A stretch of 64,000 nucleotides of DNA, from positions 1 through 64,000 of the IMG/VR virus record IMGVR_UViG_3300044723_005784. One strand, 5' to 3'. Each line of letters starts with the position of its first letter. Within the stretch, counting starts at the first letter, position 1. Source of the DNA: a virus. Lineage: Duplodnaviria > Caudoviricetes. Below, piece after piece: positions 10,359 to 20,062 of the stretch. The notes below the pieces were generated by a model. It made no database searches. It was given only the letters and a program-made list of their open reading frames with translations, and was not told the DNA's origin. The position numbers and the translations under genes are program-made.

Positions 10359-10669
10359 TAGATAGTCACCGAACTAACTGTACCATATACGCTTGATGCA
10401 TTGCTAGCAACGCACTGGATAGTGTCACCATTATCTAATACAATTTTTTCCAAGTTAATAACATATGTATCACCACCATCAATACTGATTTGTTTAACTA
10501 TTTTATTTGTTGCGCTTGCACTACCGCCACTCTGTACTACATGAACATCTAGTGTCCTTGAAGCGGCATTATCATTCATAAAAAATAAACAAGTAAGAGC
10601 TGTTTGTCCTGAGCTTGTATATACCGTTGTTGCACTAGTGCCTATTGCGCCTGCTTGTGTTATTGCCAT
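10358..10669 (-). CDS. Small beta-rich virion protein
   Basis: 103 aa; AAGGA SD; stop/start overlap with the next gene. Confidence 0.65.
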   Translation of the reverse strand: MAITQAGAIGTSATTVYTSSGQTALTCLFFMNDNAASRTLDVHVVQSGGSASATNKIVKQISIDGGDTYVINLEKIVLDNGDTIQCVASNASSVYGTVSSVTI

Positions 10670-10681
10670 ATTCCAGTTCCT

Positions 10682-11317
10682 TTAAAAAATTAATCCGTAA
10701 ACAATTGCTTTTGATTTGCTTACCAGTTCATCAGATGTGGTATCATCTACAAAAAATATGCCAGTTCCGCCGCCGGCGGCTGTGTTAGCATATATTAATG
10801 TGGCGCCGGATACACTGCTTGGGGCACTCTGATCTGTTAATTGTATTGGTGAACCTATTTGTAATGTTCCTAATCCATTTGGAGCAATAATAACATTAGC
10901 ATTACTCGTTGTGACTATACTTTGTCCATTAGTATCCAAGTTGCCGCCAAGTTGTGGTGTAGTATCGTCTACTACTTCTGTTAACCCTGTGCTACTGGAA
11001 ACAATTAAATTAGGATAACTACCGCCGCCATCTGTACTAATTTTAAATTTATCGTCATTCTCATCAAATACAAGCAATGCGTTGTCGGCAGATCCTCGAT
11101 CGAATTCAAGTCCAGCGTATCTACCAGTAACACCTGAACCAGATTCGCCATCGTTAAGTTTGATTACTCTATCTGAAATTTCAGTGTTTGTAGTAGTAAT
11201 TGTCGTAGTCGTACCTTGGATAGTTAGATTGCCAACAACTGTTGTATCTGACGCAATGGTAAGACTGCCACTTGGAGCAATGCTCAAATTACCCTGAACT
11301 CTATGTACACGACTCAT
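10682..11317 (-). CDS. Virion structural / short fibre protein
   Basis: 211 aa; GNLTIQGTTTT, GLEFDRG and DTTPQLGGNLD fibre motifs; GATAAATA late-type promoter at 11346-11353. Confidence 0.7.
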   Translation of the reverse strand: MSRVHRVQGNLSIAPSGSLTIASDTTVVGNLTIQGTTTTITTTNTEISDRVIKLNDGESGSGVTGRYAGLEFDRGSADNALLVFDENDDKFKISTDGGGSYPNLIVSSSTGLTEVVDDTTPQLGGNLDTNGQSIVTTSNANVIIAPNGLGTLQIGSPIQLTDQSAPSSVSGATLIYANTAAGGGTGIFFVDDTTSDELVSKSKAIVYGLIF

Positions 11318-11344
11318 TAATAGATCCTATCTTTAACTTATAAC

Positions 11345-11929
11345 TTATTTATCAATACATATAAATGTCTCAAACTCCGATTTTGACATTATGCTAAAGT
11401 TTGTTAGTTTTTTCCACTTATCAGGAGTAAATCCGTTTAACGGGTTAACATGTATAAATCGTATATTTGTGTAAACTTCTGATATATGCACTATCTGATC
11501 TACCCAGTTTCCATAGAAGGTAGGGGCATCTGTGGCTTTTTTGTAATTTTCTGTGCCTGCATATATGTTGTTTATAACCCCTGTATCAGTTTCAAGATCC
11601 ATTCCGATAAGAAAGATGTAAGCATGGCCTCGTGTTGCTGCCACGGCGGCGGCGTTTGGGCCACTACTATATCCTTGCCAGCGTTTATCCAGTGGGAGAC
11701 TCAGATTATTTGTATACTGAGGTCTAGTATAATGCTCAGAATAACCACTGCTGGATCGATGCTGTTGTATTTCAGCTGTCATGCCCTGATCAACGCTAAC
11801 TAAAATATCCACATGTGGATCTGTATACATTCTATTACAAGCATACACTGTGCCCAGGGGCTGTAAATCCTGAGTTTTTACTTGTAGTCGTGTTCGGCCA
11901 TTACCCAATACAAACCCAAATTCAATCAT
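11345..11929 (-). CDS. Maf/DUF115 (MptE-like) or GT29/GT42-like nucleotide-binding protein
   Basis: Motif series FVLGNGRTR...YACN...LVSVD...SSGP...IFLIGMD matches the GNGxS / SSG / LxGxD pattern of this fold. Confidence 0.55.
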   Translation of the reverse strand: MIEFGFVLGNGRTRLQVKTQDLQPLGTVYACNRMYTDPHVDILVSVDQGMTAEIQQHRSSSGYSEHYTRPQYTNNLSLPLDKRWQGYSSGPNAAAVAATRGHAYIFLIGMDLETDTGVINNIYAGTENYKKATDAPTFYGNWVDQIVHISEVYTNIRFIHVNPLNGFTPDKWKKLTNFSIMSKSEFETFICIDK

Positions 11930-11934
11930 AGTTT

Positions 11935-11963
11935 ATAATAACACTCCGCTTTTTTTCAGTCAA
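11935..11963 (-). promoter_or_regulatory. Sigma70-type promoter, probably leaderless transcript
   Basis: TTGACT(11963-11958)-17 nt-TATTAT(11940-11935) with extended TG; ATG is 5 nt downstream. Confidence 0.6.
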
Positions 11964-11964
11964 C

Positions 11965-11991
11965 AAAAAGGGGAAGCATTTCTGCTTCCCC
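11965..11991 (-). terminator. Rho-independent terminator after the major capsid gene
   Basis: GGGGAAGCA-GAAA-TGCTTCCCC followed by TTTTT. Confidence 0.9.
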
Positions 11992-12027
11992 GATCTGTTT
12001 TTGAGCAACTGCTCGAGTTAAATTAGC

Positions 12028-13224
12028 TTATGCAAAGCTAATATTTGACATGGCGATCTCGCCCACGTAGTCACCAGCATTACCTAGTGAACTTGCAGTG
12101 TTACTCAACTCTACGTAGCCGTAGCGAGTCATAAAGCTAACAACTGGCTCAAATGTACTTGGATCAAGTACTGTACCTGAGCTCATAAGTGGAACATATG
12201 GGCAATAGAATGCTGCGGCATCTGTTTCACTTGAACCCTTGTATCCAACTAGAACAGCAGTTGAATCTGCTGCATAGCTATCTACATAGATACGCATTGC
12301 ACCGTTAAGTGTACCAACGAACTTGGTGTTTGTTGGTGCTTCAAAAGTACCTTCAGTTGTACGAGCAAAAGCACTTGTGCTTGCACTCTGTAGAACTGTT
12401 AGTGCTTCTGGGCTAACGACTGCAAAGTTACCTGCGCCACGACGTGTACGCTGAGCAATTTTGTTTGCAACGCGGTTGACTAGAACTGCAAGAGCTGCAT
12501 GCTCGTCACCAACATATGTTGCTGTACCACTAACTGCGGCCTGGTTAAAAGTCTCTTCTGTTGCTGCTAGTGAGCGAAGTGAACCTAGAACCTCTTGGTC
12601 GATTTCAGCGGTAATTTCTTGTGCTAGGGCAGCCATAATTTCTGCCTCAACATCGATACCGTGCATGGACTGTGCGTCCTGTGCGGCTTCAAATGTCCAG
12701 CGAGCCTGCAACTTACGTGTCTTGGCTTCTACTGGTTGCTTCAAGATTTGGATTGAGATCTGGTTACCACCGTCACCTTCCATACTAGCAGTAGCACCTG
12801 CACGACCTGTTGTGCTTGTTGCACTGGTTGTGCCGGAATATGCTGTTGCAATCTTGAATGGACTTAGTGCTTCATCACCAGCTACTGTATCTGTATCGAA
12901 TGGTGAGCTAGCTGTTGAAGTAACAGTCTCAGCATAACGAACACGTAGAGTGTGAATCTGGCCAACTGGGCCCTGCATTGGTTGAACACCAACGATTTCG
13001 TTGGCGATAACTGTTGGCATAACACGGCGGATAACTGGTAGGATAACACGGTTAAGTGTTGCTACGTTTCCGCTTGCTGTTGCGCCGGTTGATGCTGCCT
13101 CTGCGAGATACTTCTTAGTATTCTCTAGGACAACTGACATGCTGCTGCGACGTGAACCTTCAAGGCCCTCAAGTAGGGCGTCTTTGGTCTCATCCCAACG
13201 GCTTTCTAATAGTACATCTGACAT
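12028..13224 (-). CDS. gp23: Major capsid protein (T4 gp23-like)
   Basis: VRRVMP-like IRRVMPTVIANEIVGVQPMQGP, KTRKLQARWTFEAAQD, EITAEIDQE, AFYCPYVPL and FMTRYG motifs. Confidence 0.97.
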   Translation of the reverse strand: MSDVLLESRWDETKDALLEGLEGSRRSSMSVVLENTKKYLAEAASTGATASGNVATLNRVILPVIRRVMPTVIANEIVGVQPMQGPVGQIHTLRVRYAETVTSTASSPFDTDTVAGDEALSPFKIATAYSGTTSATSTTGRAGATASMEGDGGNQISIQILKQPVEAKTRKLQARWTFEAAQDAQSMHGIDVEAEIMAALAQEITAEIDQEVLGSLRSLAATEETFNQAAVSGTATYVGDEHAALAVLVNRVANKIAQRTRRGAGNFAVVSPEALTVLQSASTSAFARTTEGTFEAPTNTKFVGTLNGAMRIYVDSYAADSTAVLVGYKGSSETDAAAFYCPYVPLMSSGTVLDPSTFEPVVSFMTRYGYVELSNTASSLGNAGDYVGEIAMSNISFA

Positions 13225-13244
13225 TTTATGTCTCCTTTGGTACC

Positions 13245-14345
13245 TTACTTTAGGCCTGCCAACTGGCGTAGCTGAACAATATTACTATCATCCATTTTTT
13301 CTACAGCCGGTTGTGTTTTTGTTTGTTTATCCCCTGTTACCTCACGGCTCTCAGAAATTACTTCCTTGGTAGCCTTTGGTGCAGCACCGTCTAATACTGC
13401 GGGTAGATAACGATCGAAAGCATCTTGTAACTTACTTGTTTGTACGCTTTCTAGAAGGTCACGCATAATTGCGCCCTTATCTTTATTGAGCGTGTATAGA
13501 AGTTTGTCCATTGTTTCTTTGCGTGTAACGCTTTCTGTAATGGCTTCTACTTCACGCTCTTTACTCTCAATAATCTGCATCTTTTCTGCGTTTGCTGCTT
13601 GACTTTCAACTAGCTCTGCATCTTTTTCTTTAAGTGCAGCTTCTAGTTCACGAATTTCTTTGTTTTCGTTGAGATAGCTTCCGCTAAATTCACTTGCAAA
13701 TGCTTCGAAGATCTTGCGTCCAAAGGTATTTTCTTTGGCAGCTTCGATATCCTCTTTGAGTTGAGATAGTTCTTTTTTTAGATTGTTAGCAACTGACTCC
13801 TGAACAACTTTTGCTGACCGCTCAATAAACTTATCTTTGAGGGTTGCAAACTGTTCACGAGCTTCTTTAACAAGACGTACTTTTGTTTCTACAACATCGT
13901 TACGATCTTCCTGGAAGTCTCCAATTTCTTTTGCTAGACTTTCAATAACGAACTTTTCAAGGTTTCCAACAGATGCGGCCTGTGCATTGCGGTCTTGAGT
14001 TAGTTCTTTAATTTCTTCTGCTAGCTTGGTTACTAGGAACTTGTCAAAAGTGCTTGATGTTTCTTGCATCTTAGCAACAAACTTAGCACGATCTTCTTGG
14101 ATTGCTTTCTTTTCATAAGCAAACTCTTCAAGTTCTTTTGTGAGATTTTCAGTCACCATACGATCTAAGGCCTCAACCATAACGGATTTGTCATGCGCAT
14201 ATCGACGAGCAAACTCCTCACGGAGTTCTGCCCTAACCAGTTCACGAGTTTCTGTAAGTTTGGAGTTCCAGGCTTCCTGGATTTCTAACTTAGTTTCCTC
14301 ATTAATTAGGTCACTATCTAAAAGTGGTTTGATAGTATCTAGCAT
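13245..14345 (-). CDS. gp22: Prohead core scaffolding protein (gp22-like)
   Basis: 366-aa coiled-coil protein with GRKIFEAFASE, located between gp21 and gp23. Confidence 0.85.
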   Translation of the reverse strand: MLDTIKPLLDSDLINEETKLEIQEAWNSKLTETRELVRAELREEFARRYAHDKSVMVEALDRMVTENLTKELEEFAYEKKAIQEDRAKFVAKMQETSSTFDKFLVTKLAEEIKELTQDRNAQAASVGNLEKFVIESLAKEIGDFQEDRNDVVETKVRLVKEAREQFATLKDKFIERSAKVVQESVANNLKKELSQLKEDIEAAKENTFGRKIFEAFASEFSGSYLNENKEIRELEAALKEKDAELVESQAANAEKMQIIESKEREVEAITESVTRKETMDKLLYTLNKDKGAIMRDLLESVQTSKLQDAFDRYLPAVLDGAAPKATKEVISESREVTGDKQTKTQPAVEKMDDSNIVQLRQLAGLK

Positions 14346-14354
14346 TATAGTCTC

Positions 14355-14978
14355 CTAGATCTTTAAGTCCCTGATAAGACGAGTTACCTCATCCTTCAAG
14401 TATTTTTGCACTTTGTTGTTGCTCCCTGCTTCGCGAGCAATTTCTAATGCATTGTGCCCATTACGCATATTCAATAAGCCTTCATATATGGCTTTGGGAT
14501 ATGCATTCGGAGCACTTGGTTGTGCCACAACATCTACTGTGACAATTTCGAAACCAGATACGTTACCAGAAGATTCGTTGACTTCGCCACTTCCTCTACT
14601 GCTAACGCCTAGTTTAACACCACTCTCCATCATGGTCTTTACTAAAGTTCCCATTGGAGTAGGTAATACTTTTAATTTTCCAAAGCCGTTTGGGCCATCC
14701 ATCCACATTTCAGTAATCATATGGCTGACGCGATCTAAATTAATTTTAAGATCGTCGGGATGATCAACTTCACCAAGCACACTATTGCCTGTTTTTATTT
14801 GATCATTGAGCTGTGTAACGGCATTGGAAATCTCAGAAACAGGGTAAACACGCTGGTTGGCGTTCTTTACCCCTCCCTGAATACAAATGCCCTTCATATA
14901 GAGGTCCTTGCCTTCATTGGCAGTCTCAGTTACGATCCCAGCTTGATCGAAAGTAAGGTGTTCTCTAAGATAGTTCAT
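14355..14978 (-). CDS. gp21: Prohead protease (gp21-like)
   Basis: KNANQRVYP, LGEVDHP, VSH, GVSSRGSG and DVVAQPSAPNAY motifs. Confidence 0.95.
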   Translation of the reverse strand: MNYLREHLTFDQAGIVTETANEGKDLYMKGICIQGGVKNANQRVYPVSEISNAVTQLNDQIKTGNSVLGEVDHPDDLKINLDRVSHMITEMWMDGPNGFGKLKVLPTPMGTLVKTMMESGVKLGVSSRGSGEVNESSGNVSGFEIVTVDVVAQPSAPNAYPKAIYEGLLNMRNGHNALEIAREAGSNNKVQKYLKDEVTRLIRDLKI

Positions 14979-14992
14979 ATTATTGCCTTATC

Positions 14993-15688
14993 TTACGCTT
15001 TGCTCATCGTTGCGCCTTTTGGGTCGGCTGCGTCTGTTTGTACGGCTGCTTTAGGTGCACTTCCGCCTGACTCTGCTGCTGAACCACTTGAGCTAGCTAC
15101 TTTGCCGCCCATGTCATTCTTTTTAGCAACTGGGCCTGAGCTTGCATCGCCTTCTTCAGAAGTTGACGGAGCAGCAACTTTTTCAGTGTACTCACGTACA
15201 AAAGTTTCTTCCATGTCATCTTCTTCTTCTTCAGCGTCAACTTCCATATCCATGTCCATTTCGTCGTCCATTTCTGGCTCTTCATCGCCGTCCATGTCCA
15301 TATCCATATCCATTTCTTCTTCGTCTCCGCCCATGATCTTCTCAAATTCTGCTTTGAGTTCGTCAAGTGCATCTTCGAGGTCAACAACGCGATCTTCAAT
15401 TTCTTCGTCGTCATCGTGGGCTGCTTCAATGGCTAAGCCTTGTTCATCAGCTTCGATGTCGTCGATCATATCGTCTGCTGCATCTCCGCCTAATTCTTCA
15501 TCAAAGTCACTCTCTTCAACTGCTTCGTCTTCAGCAACTTCTTCTTGCTCATCAACAATTTCATCGTCAATAAGGTTTTCGTAAATATCGCGGCTGCGCT
15601 CTACTACGATTTCGTGGAAAAGCTCTTGTGCTTTATCTGTATCTTCTGCAATTAGTAGCTCAATGAGCTGGTTAAATTTATCTGACAT
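14993..15688 (-). CDS. Highly acidic prohead core protein (gp67/68-like position)
   Basis: 231-aa D/E-rich protein between portal and protease, with AAGGAG SD and a late promoter. Confidence 0.7.
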   Translation of the reverse strand: MSDKFNQLIELLIAEDTDKAQELFHEIVVERSRDIYENLIDDEIVDEQEEVAEDEAVEESDFDEELGGDAADDMIDDIEADEQGLAIEAAHDDDEEIEDRVVDLEDALDELKAEFEKIMGGDEEEMDMDMDMDGDEEPEMDDEMDMDMEVDAEEEEDDMEETFVREYTEKVAAPSTSEEGDASSGPVAKKNDMGGKVASSSGSAAESGGSAPKAAVQTDAADPKGATMSKA

Positions 15689-15724
15689 TTTACGACTCCT
15701 TCGTTTAAGGCAAATGTATAATTT

Positions 15725-15732
15725 TATTTATA
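15725..15732 (-). promoter_or_regulatory. T4-type late promoter TATAAATA
   Basis: Exact consensus upstream of the head operon (15688-12028). Confidence 0.8.
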
Positions 15733-15819
15733 GTTTATAAAAATTTTAGGGTAATATGCCCTGTTTTGGGCTCAAAAAATTTACTATACAAAGAATAATT
15801 GCTATTTTTGTTAAAAGTC

Positions 15820-15853
15820 AAAAAAAACCGCCCATCTTATTGCTAAGTGGACG
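15820..15853 (-). terminator. Rho-independent terminator
   Basis: CGTCCA-CTTA-GCAA-TAAG-A-TGGGCG followed by G and a T8 run. Confidence 0.75.
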
Positions 15854-15898
15854 AACATGTTGGCGCCTTAATCCCAACTTGCGAATTATTATAGTTAT

Positions 15899-16123
15899 CT
15901 ATTCAGCTGCTACAGGCACTGAGTATTGCTTTTTTATATTAGTTAATTCTTTAGCATATTCAGTAATTTTTACATCACTTAGCATACGCAATCGGTTTAT
16001 CTGCTCTAGTGTAAGTCTGGTCTTACGAGTATCGGTTTTTTGTGCAACAGACATATCTTCCTTTGGGTGTACTTGCAAAGGATTCTGCTTTTTGTCCGAT
16101 TCTATTAGGCTTTTTAATTTCAT
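15899..16123 (-). CDS. Small head-module protein
   Basis: 74 aa, DTRKTRLTLEQINRLR, directly after the portal gene; CATAAATA at 16129-16136. Confidence 0.65.
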   Translation of the reverse strand: MKLKSLIESDKKQNPLQVHPKEDMSVAQKTDTRKTRLTLEQINRLRMLSDVKITEYAKELTNIKKQYSVPVAAE

Positions 16124-16131
16124 AGTATTAT

Positions 16132-17871
16132 TTATGCTGGAACTTCAGTTGGCGGTGGTGTTCCTGGGATTGGGCTTTGTGCTGATCCGGTTGGACCTCC
16201 TGGTGCGCTAGCCCCTTCTCCTTCTGGCGCTTCTACGCCCTCTTCTCCACCACCCTCTTCTGGCACATCAGGCACAGCAAAGTTATCTAAATCACTTTCG
16301 ATACCACCTGGTGTAATACCAACACTACGCATGTTTGGCGTGTCAGTTTCTGGTTCGTCATTTTCTTCAGCCCACTGTCGTGCGTTTTGTGCAAGTTCTT
16401 CTTCTGTTAGTCCTAGGTATCTCTCTAATAGGAAACGTTTACTAAAGTATGGATACGCTTCTAGTGCTGTAAATGTGCTAATCTTAGCATTATCTACTTC
16501 AGTTTCTCTGAACTTAGCAAAGTTTTGTGGAGGGTTAAGGCGTAATTCAAAACTTGAATTGTCTAATTCCAAACCTCTCCAACGCAAGAACATTTTGAAC
16601 TCTCTGTCAAATGTCTTACTGACAAGACGCTGTAGTCTTTTACAGTATTCATTAAATCTATACTCTTGAATAAGAGCTGTACCTACCCTACCATCATTAT
16701 ATCCTGTGGCGCCTTCGTCTGGTCCTGTTGGCAAGTAACTGATTGGGATACGCAATCCTCTGAATAGTTTGTTAGTGAAGTATTTGAGATCATCAATCTC
16801 ACCCAAATTAGTGCCGCCTGGTAGTGTTTCAACTTTTGAACCACGCCCTTCTGATGTTTGGGGGAAGAAGTAATCTTCGTTAGTTGATAGTGGATTATAG
16901 GTGGTATCCATAATATTAGTGCCACCACCTGTTGTGCTTGGAATTCGTCTTTGATGTATTTCATTTTTTACACGCTCAACAAAAGCCATGGCCATATGTG
17001 CTGGCATGTCACCAACATCAACATAGAACACACGGCGTTCTGGAGCACGTTGGATACGATAGATAATAATCGCATCTTCTAGTAATTCTTTTTGTTTGAA
17101 AACTTTGAATACGTTTTCTAGTATGCTGTTACCAAAGGGCCAGTTTGTGTCTAAACCTTCTGTGAGACTAGCATGTACAACGTGTTCTGAACCAATAGCT
17201 TTTTCGTTAATAGCATTATCAAATCTGCCGCCGCTCATAGAACCAGCACTGGTGTACACATTACTGGGCTGTACATATCCAGTCTGTTTGTGATCGCCCT
17301 GACGATGATAATCATCAGCATGTGTGGCTTGTGTAGCAGTTAAATTCTGGAAGTTTGGATTGATGTCTTTGACAACATACTGCTCTGGCTCTTTGCCTTC
17401 GCTCTCGTTTACAATAATCTTTGTAACTTTGGTCATGTCTACCCAGAACAGTTCAAATGTTTCTGGATCTCTAATAAACACTTGATCGCCATACTTGAGT
17501 GTGTTACGGAACATCTTAAACAGTCTTTGATTAAAGTCGTTAAGATTATTCCAGTTAATCAACTGCTTGCTTATTGTTTCTACTTCGTTTTGACTGGGCT
17601 CTTCATGAAAGTGAATATCCCATCCAGTGTTATTCTCGTCGTTTGACTGGGTACAAAACTCAGCAAGAATGTCCAGTGCGGCGTTGATTTCACTGTCGAC
17701 ATCCATGTTCTCATACTGGCTGTAACGCTCAATACGGTTTGGATGCCCAACATAAACTTCAGGCAACTGACTTGCATAGTTTCCGAACTTTACGTCACTA
17801 TTACTGCTACTAGGTCCTGCATTTGATAGCGGACTCTGATTAACAACTTTAAAATGTTTTTTCCAACTCAT
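16132..17871 (-). CDS. gp20: Portal vertex protein (gp20-like)
   Basis: LLEDAIIIYRIQRAPERRVFYVDVG, EDYFFP, LPGGTNLGEIDDLKYF and LRIPISYL motifs. Confidence 0.97.
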   Translation of the reverse strand: MSWKKHFKVVNQSPLSNAGPSSSNSDVKFGNYASQLPEVYVGHPNRIERYSQYENMDVDSEINAALDILAEFCTQSNDENNTGWDIHFHEEPSQNEVETISKQLINWNNLNDFNQRLFKMFRNTLKYGDQVFIRDPETFELFWVDMTKVTKIIVNESEGKEPEQYVVKDINPNFQNLTATQATHADDYHRQGDHKQTGYVQPSNVYTSAGSMSGGRFDNAINEKAIGSEHVVHASLTEGLDTNWPFGNSILENVFKVFKQKELLEDAIIIYRIQRAPERRVFYVDVGDMPAHMAMAFVERVKNEIHQRRIPSTTGGGTNIMDTTYNPLSTNEDYFFPQTSEGRGSKVETLPGGTNLGEIDDLKYFTNKLFRGLRIPISYLPTGPDEGATGYNDGRVGTALIQEYRFNEYCKRLQRLVSKTFDREFKMFLRWRGLELDNSSFELRLNPPQNFAKFRETEVDNAKISTFTALEAYPYFSKRFLLERYLGLTEEELAQNARQWAEENDEPETDTPNMRSVGITPGGIESDLDNFAVPDVPEEGGGEEGVEAPEGEGASAPGGPTGSAQSPIPGTPPPTEVPA

Positions 17872-17876
17872 AACTT

Positions 17877-17902
17877 ATTATAACACCTTCTTACTATTTA
17901 CC
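17877..17902 (-). promoter_or_regulatory. Late promoter variant GGTAAATA plus extended -10 TGTTATAAT upstream of the portal gene
   Basis: GGTAAATA at 17902-17895; TATAAT at 17882-17877, 5 nt before the ATG. Confidence 0.5.
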
Positions 17903-17907
17903 CTAAT

Positions 17908-19986
17908 TTAACCTGTGTTCATTTTAACTTCATCAAGGGCTTCTAGTTGCCGCATACCAACACTATTAACACTTCTATCAATCATACTATTGCCTGCAGC
18001 AATTTGGCTTAGTAGTTCTCTGTCCTGACTAGATAGACTCACAACATTGGACGAACTAACTGGCACTGATTGTATTTGTTCCATAGCCGCATCTTCTGGT
18101 CCAGCACCACCAAATTTAGCCATTCGATCTGCAAGTCCATCTAGTGTGCCATCTCTAATTGCATTGGCATGGGCGGCAAGCATGTTGGACATTTGGTTTT
18201 CTGTTATGGCTGCAGGTGCGGCAGTACTCATTGCATGTGTACCAGTACTAGTTGGCAGTGTTAGTGTTCCTGTATTAACAGGGTTGATGGCATCTATCAT
18301 GTCGCGATACAAACTACCAGAATTAATAGGATTACTTGATTGTGCGGTTCCATCACCACGACCACCACTTGATTGAGGAGTGGCACTAGTACCTGTTACT
18401 TGTCCATCTATATAATTAATTACTTCATTAACTTTTTCAACTAACGCCCCCGTTCCTTTCGCCGCGTTTGTCATCATACCCATTATAAATTGATTAGTTT
18501 TAATAACTCCTGAGCCTATAGGACCGCTGATAGCATCTGTCATAGCCATGCTTAGTTCTCGTGCCGCTTGTTGCATAATTGTTTGCTGATTAACCATAGC
18601 TGTTGTGACTTTACCAGCTTTCTCAAATATTTTTTCCTGATCAGCAATTATACGGTCAATTGTGCCTGATTCTACTTGTGTTGCTACTTTTTGCAATCCT
18701 AAATATGACTGTTCTAGCACAGTGCTTAAGGTTCCCATATTTACACCTGCTAGTGAAGCAGTGGATTGCAGCTCTGCCATCGCACCCTGCTCTCGTCTTA
18801 AAGCTTCTGGGTCAAGACCAGCAAGCATATCTGCAAAAGTTCTATTCGTTTCTCCCCCTGTTTGTTTAATTGTACCCACTTGATCCTTTAAAGCATTTGT
18901 TAATCCCGGCATCTGCGTTGTCAATAAAGCTCCTGCTTCAGACATTGCACCTCCACTTTTGTATATTTCCAGTGCAAGTTTTGCCATACCAGGTCCAAAC
19001 TGTCCTTCTAATTGCTTGTATAAAGATGTCATTTGTGTACGTACTTTATCGTTCGCTCCAAACAAAGTCGCTTGGAGTGTAACATCTTTTTGGGCTGCCT
19101 TCATTTTTTCTCGTTCTTGCTGTAGTGTGGTTCCATTAATTTTAGCTAATTGGCCTTCTACATGTGCTCTTTTAAATGTTTCTCTGGCAATTAAATCTCC
19201 GCTTCGTGCAACTTCGTCAAAACTCATACCAGCCAACATAAGTCGCTCAATAGTTTCTGCAGTTCTCACACCCTGCTCTTCAAAACCTATTCCCATTCTT
19301 AACATAACTGGACCTGACTGATCCCTCACAATCTTATTAAGCCTTGCAAATTCCCTGGCGCCCTGATTTGTGCCGCCTCCAAAAAGTGACATCGAATCTG
19401 CGCTTTGTTGCATTACTTTTGTAAGCTGAGTCATACTAAGTCCTGCAGCATTGGAAATATCTCGCATGTTATCCATGCTGTAACCAAAATTAAAACCGCT
19501 CTGAGCAGCAGTATTATATGCATCAGCCTGCTTGGCCATTGCGCCACTTATTAGTCCTACGCCAGCTGTTAGTCCATTGGCAACTTTGCCAAGCATGCCT
19601 GGAAGAACTCGGGTCATTGATCCCGCTACCCGGTTAATTTCACCCATGGTTTGTGACACACTTTCGCCTGTGATACTGCCAAATCTGCTAGCAGACCGGG
19701 TCATGGAGTCCATTAGGCTGGACATGCCACGGCCAACCGCGGACATTCCGCTTGCGGTAGCAGCCACAGTCTCACTTAGTCCACCAAAACTACCTGATAG
19801 CTTGGTTATACTGCTTCCTGCTTGTCGTGAGCGTGAGTTAAGTGCTTGCACACCCTGACTATCAGCGGCGCCGCCATCACCAGATTGTGACTTAATGGCA
19901 GCTAAAATACTGCTAAGAGTGCTATCTTGAGCAGCATTATCTGCAACAACTGTTCCAACTCCTGGAATATCTACTGTGACTGCCAA
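17908..19986 (-). CDS. Tape-measure-like tail protein
   Basis: 692 aa, Ala/Gly/Met-rich and helical, TTG start after AGGA; divergent from the gp26-like chaperone gene. Confidence 0.65.
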   Translation of the reverse strand: MAVTVDIPGVGTVVADNAAQDSTLSSILAAIKSQSGDGGAADSQGVQALNSRSRQAGSSITKLSGSFGGLSETVAATASGMSAVGRGMSSLMDSMTRSASRFGSITGESVSQTMGEINRVAGSMTRVLPGMLGKVANGLTAGVGLISGAMAKQADAYNTAAQSGFNFGYSMDNMRDISNAAGLSMTQLTKVMQQSADSMSLFGGGTNQGAREFARLNKIVRDQSGPVMLRMGIGFEEQGVRTAETIERLMLAGMSFDEVARSGDLIARETFKRAHVEGQLAKINGTTLQQEREKMKAAQKDVTLQATLFGANDKVRTQMTSLYKQLEGQFGPGMAKLALEIYKSGGAMSEAGALLTTQMPGLTNALKDQVGTIKQTGGETNRTFADMLAGLDPEALRREQGAMAELQSTASLAGVNMGTLSTVLEQSYLGLQKVATQVESGTIDRIIADQEKIFEKAGKVTTAMVNQQTIMQQAARELSMAMTDAISGPIGSGVIKTNQFIMGMMTNAAKGTGALVEKVNEVINYIDGQVTGTSATPQSSGGRGDGTAQSSNPINSGSLYRDMIDAINPVNTGTLTLPTSTGTHAMSTAAPAAITENQMSNMLAAHANAIRDGTLDGLADRMAKFGGAGPEDAAMEQIQSVPVSSSNVVSLSSQDRELLSQIAAGNSMIDRSVNSVGMRQLEALDEVKMNTG

Positions 19987-20011
19987 TTTTTAAATCCTAG
20001 TTATATACGCA

Positions 20012-20047
20012 TATAAATACAACTACGGTATATATAATGTATTTACC
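20012..20047. promoter_or_regulatory. Face-to-face late promoters for the divergent gp26-like and tape-measure genes
   Basis: TATAAATA (+) at 20012-20019 and GGTAAATA (-) at 20047-20040. Confidence 0.6.
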
Positions 20048-20062
20048 ACGGAGAATGACACA

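Noticed and set aside
15240-15320. ATGGAT/ATGGAC hexamer repeats
   Set aside because: They simply encode the MDMDMD low-complexity stretch of the acidic core protein
12461-15584. Plus-strand ORFs of 116-274 aa over the head genes
   Set aside because: Antisense to clearly identified gp23, gp22, gp21 and the acidic core gene
15756-16211. 151-aa plus-strand ORF
   Set aside because: It overlaps a terminator, the 74-aa gene and the portal 3' end on the opposite strand, and has no recognisable motifs
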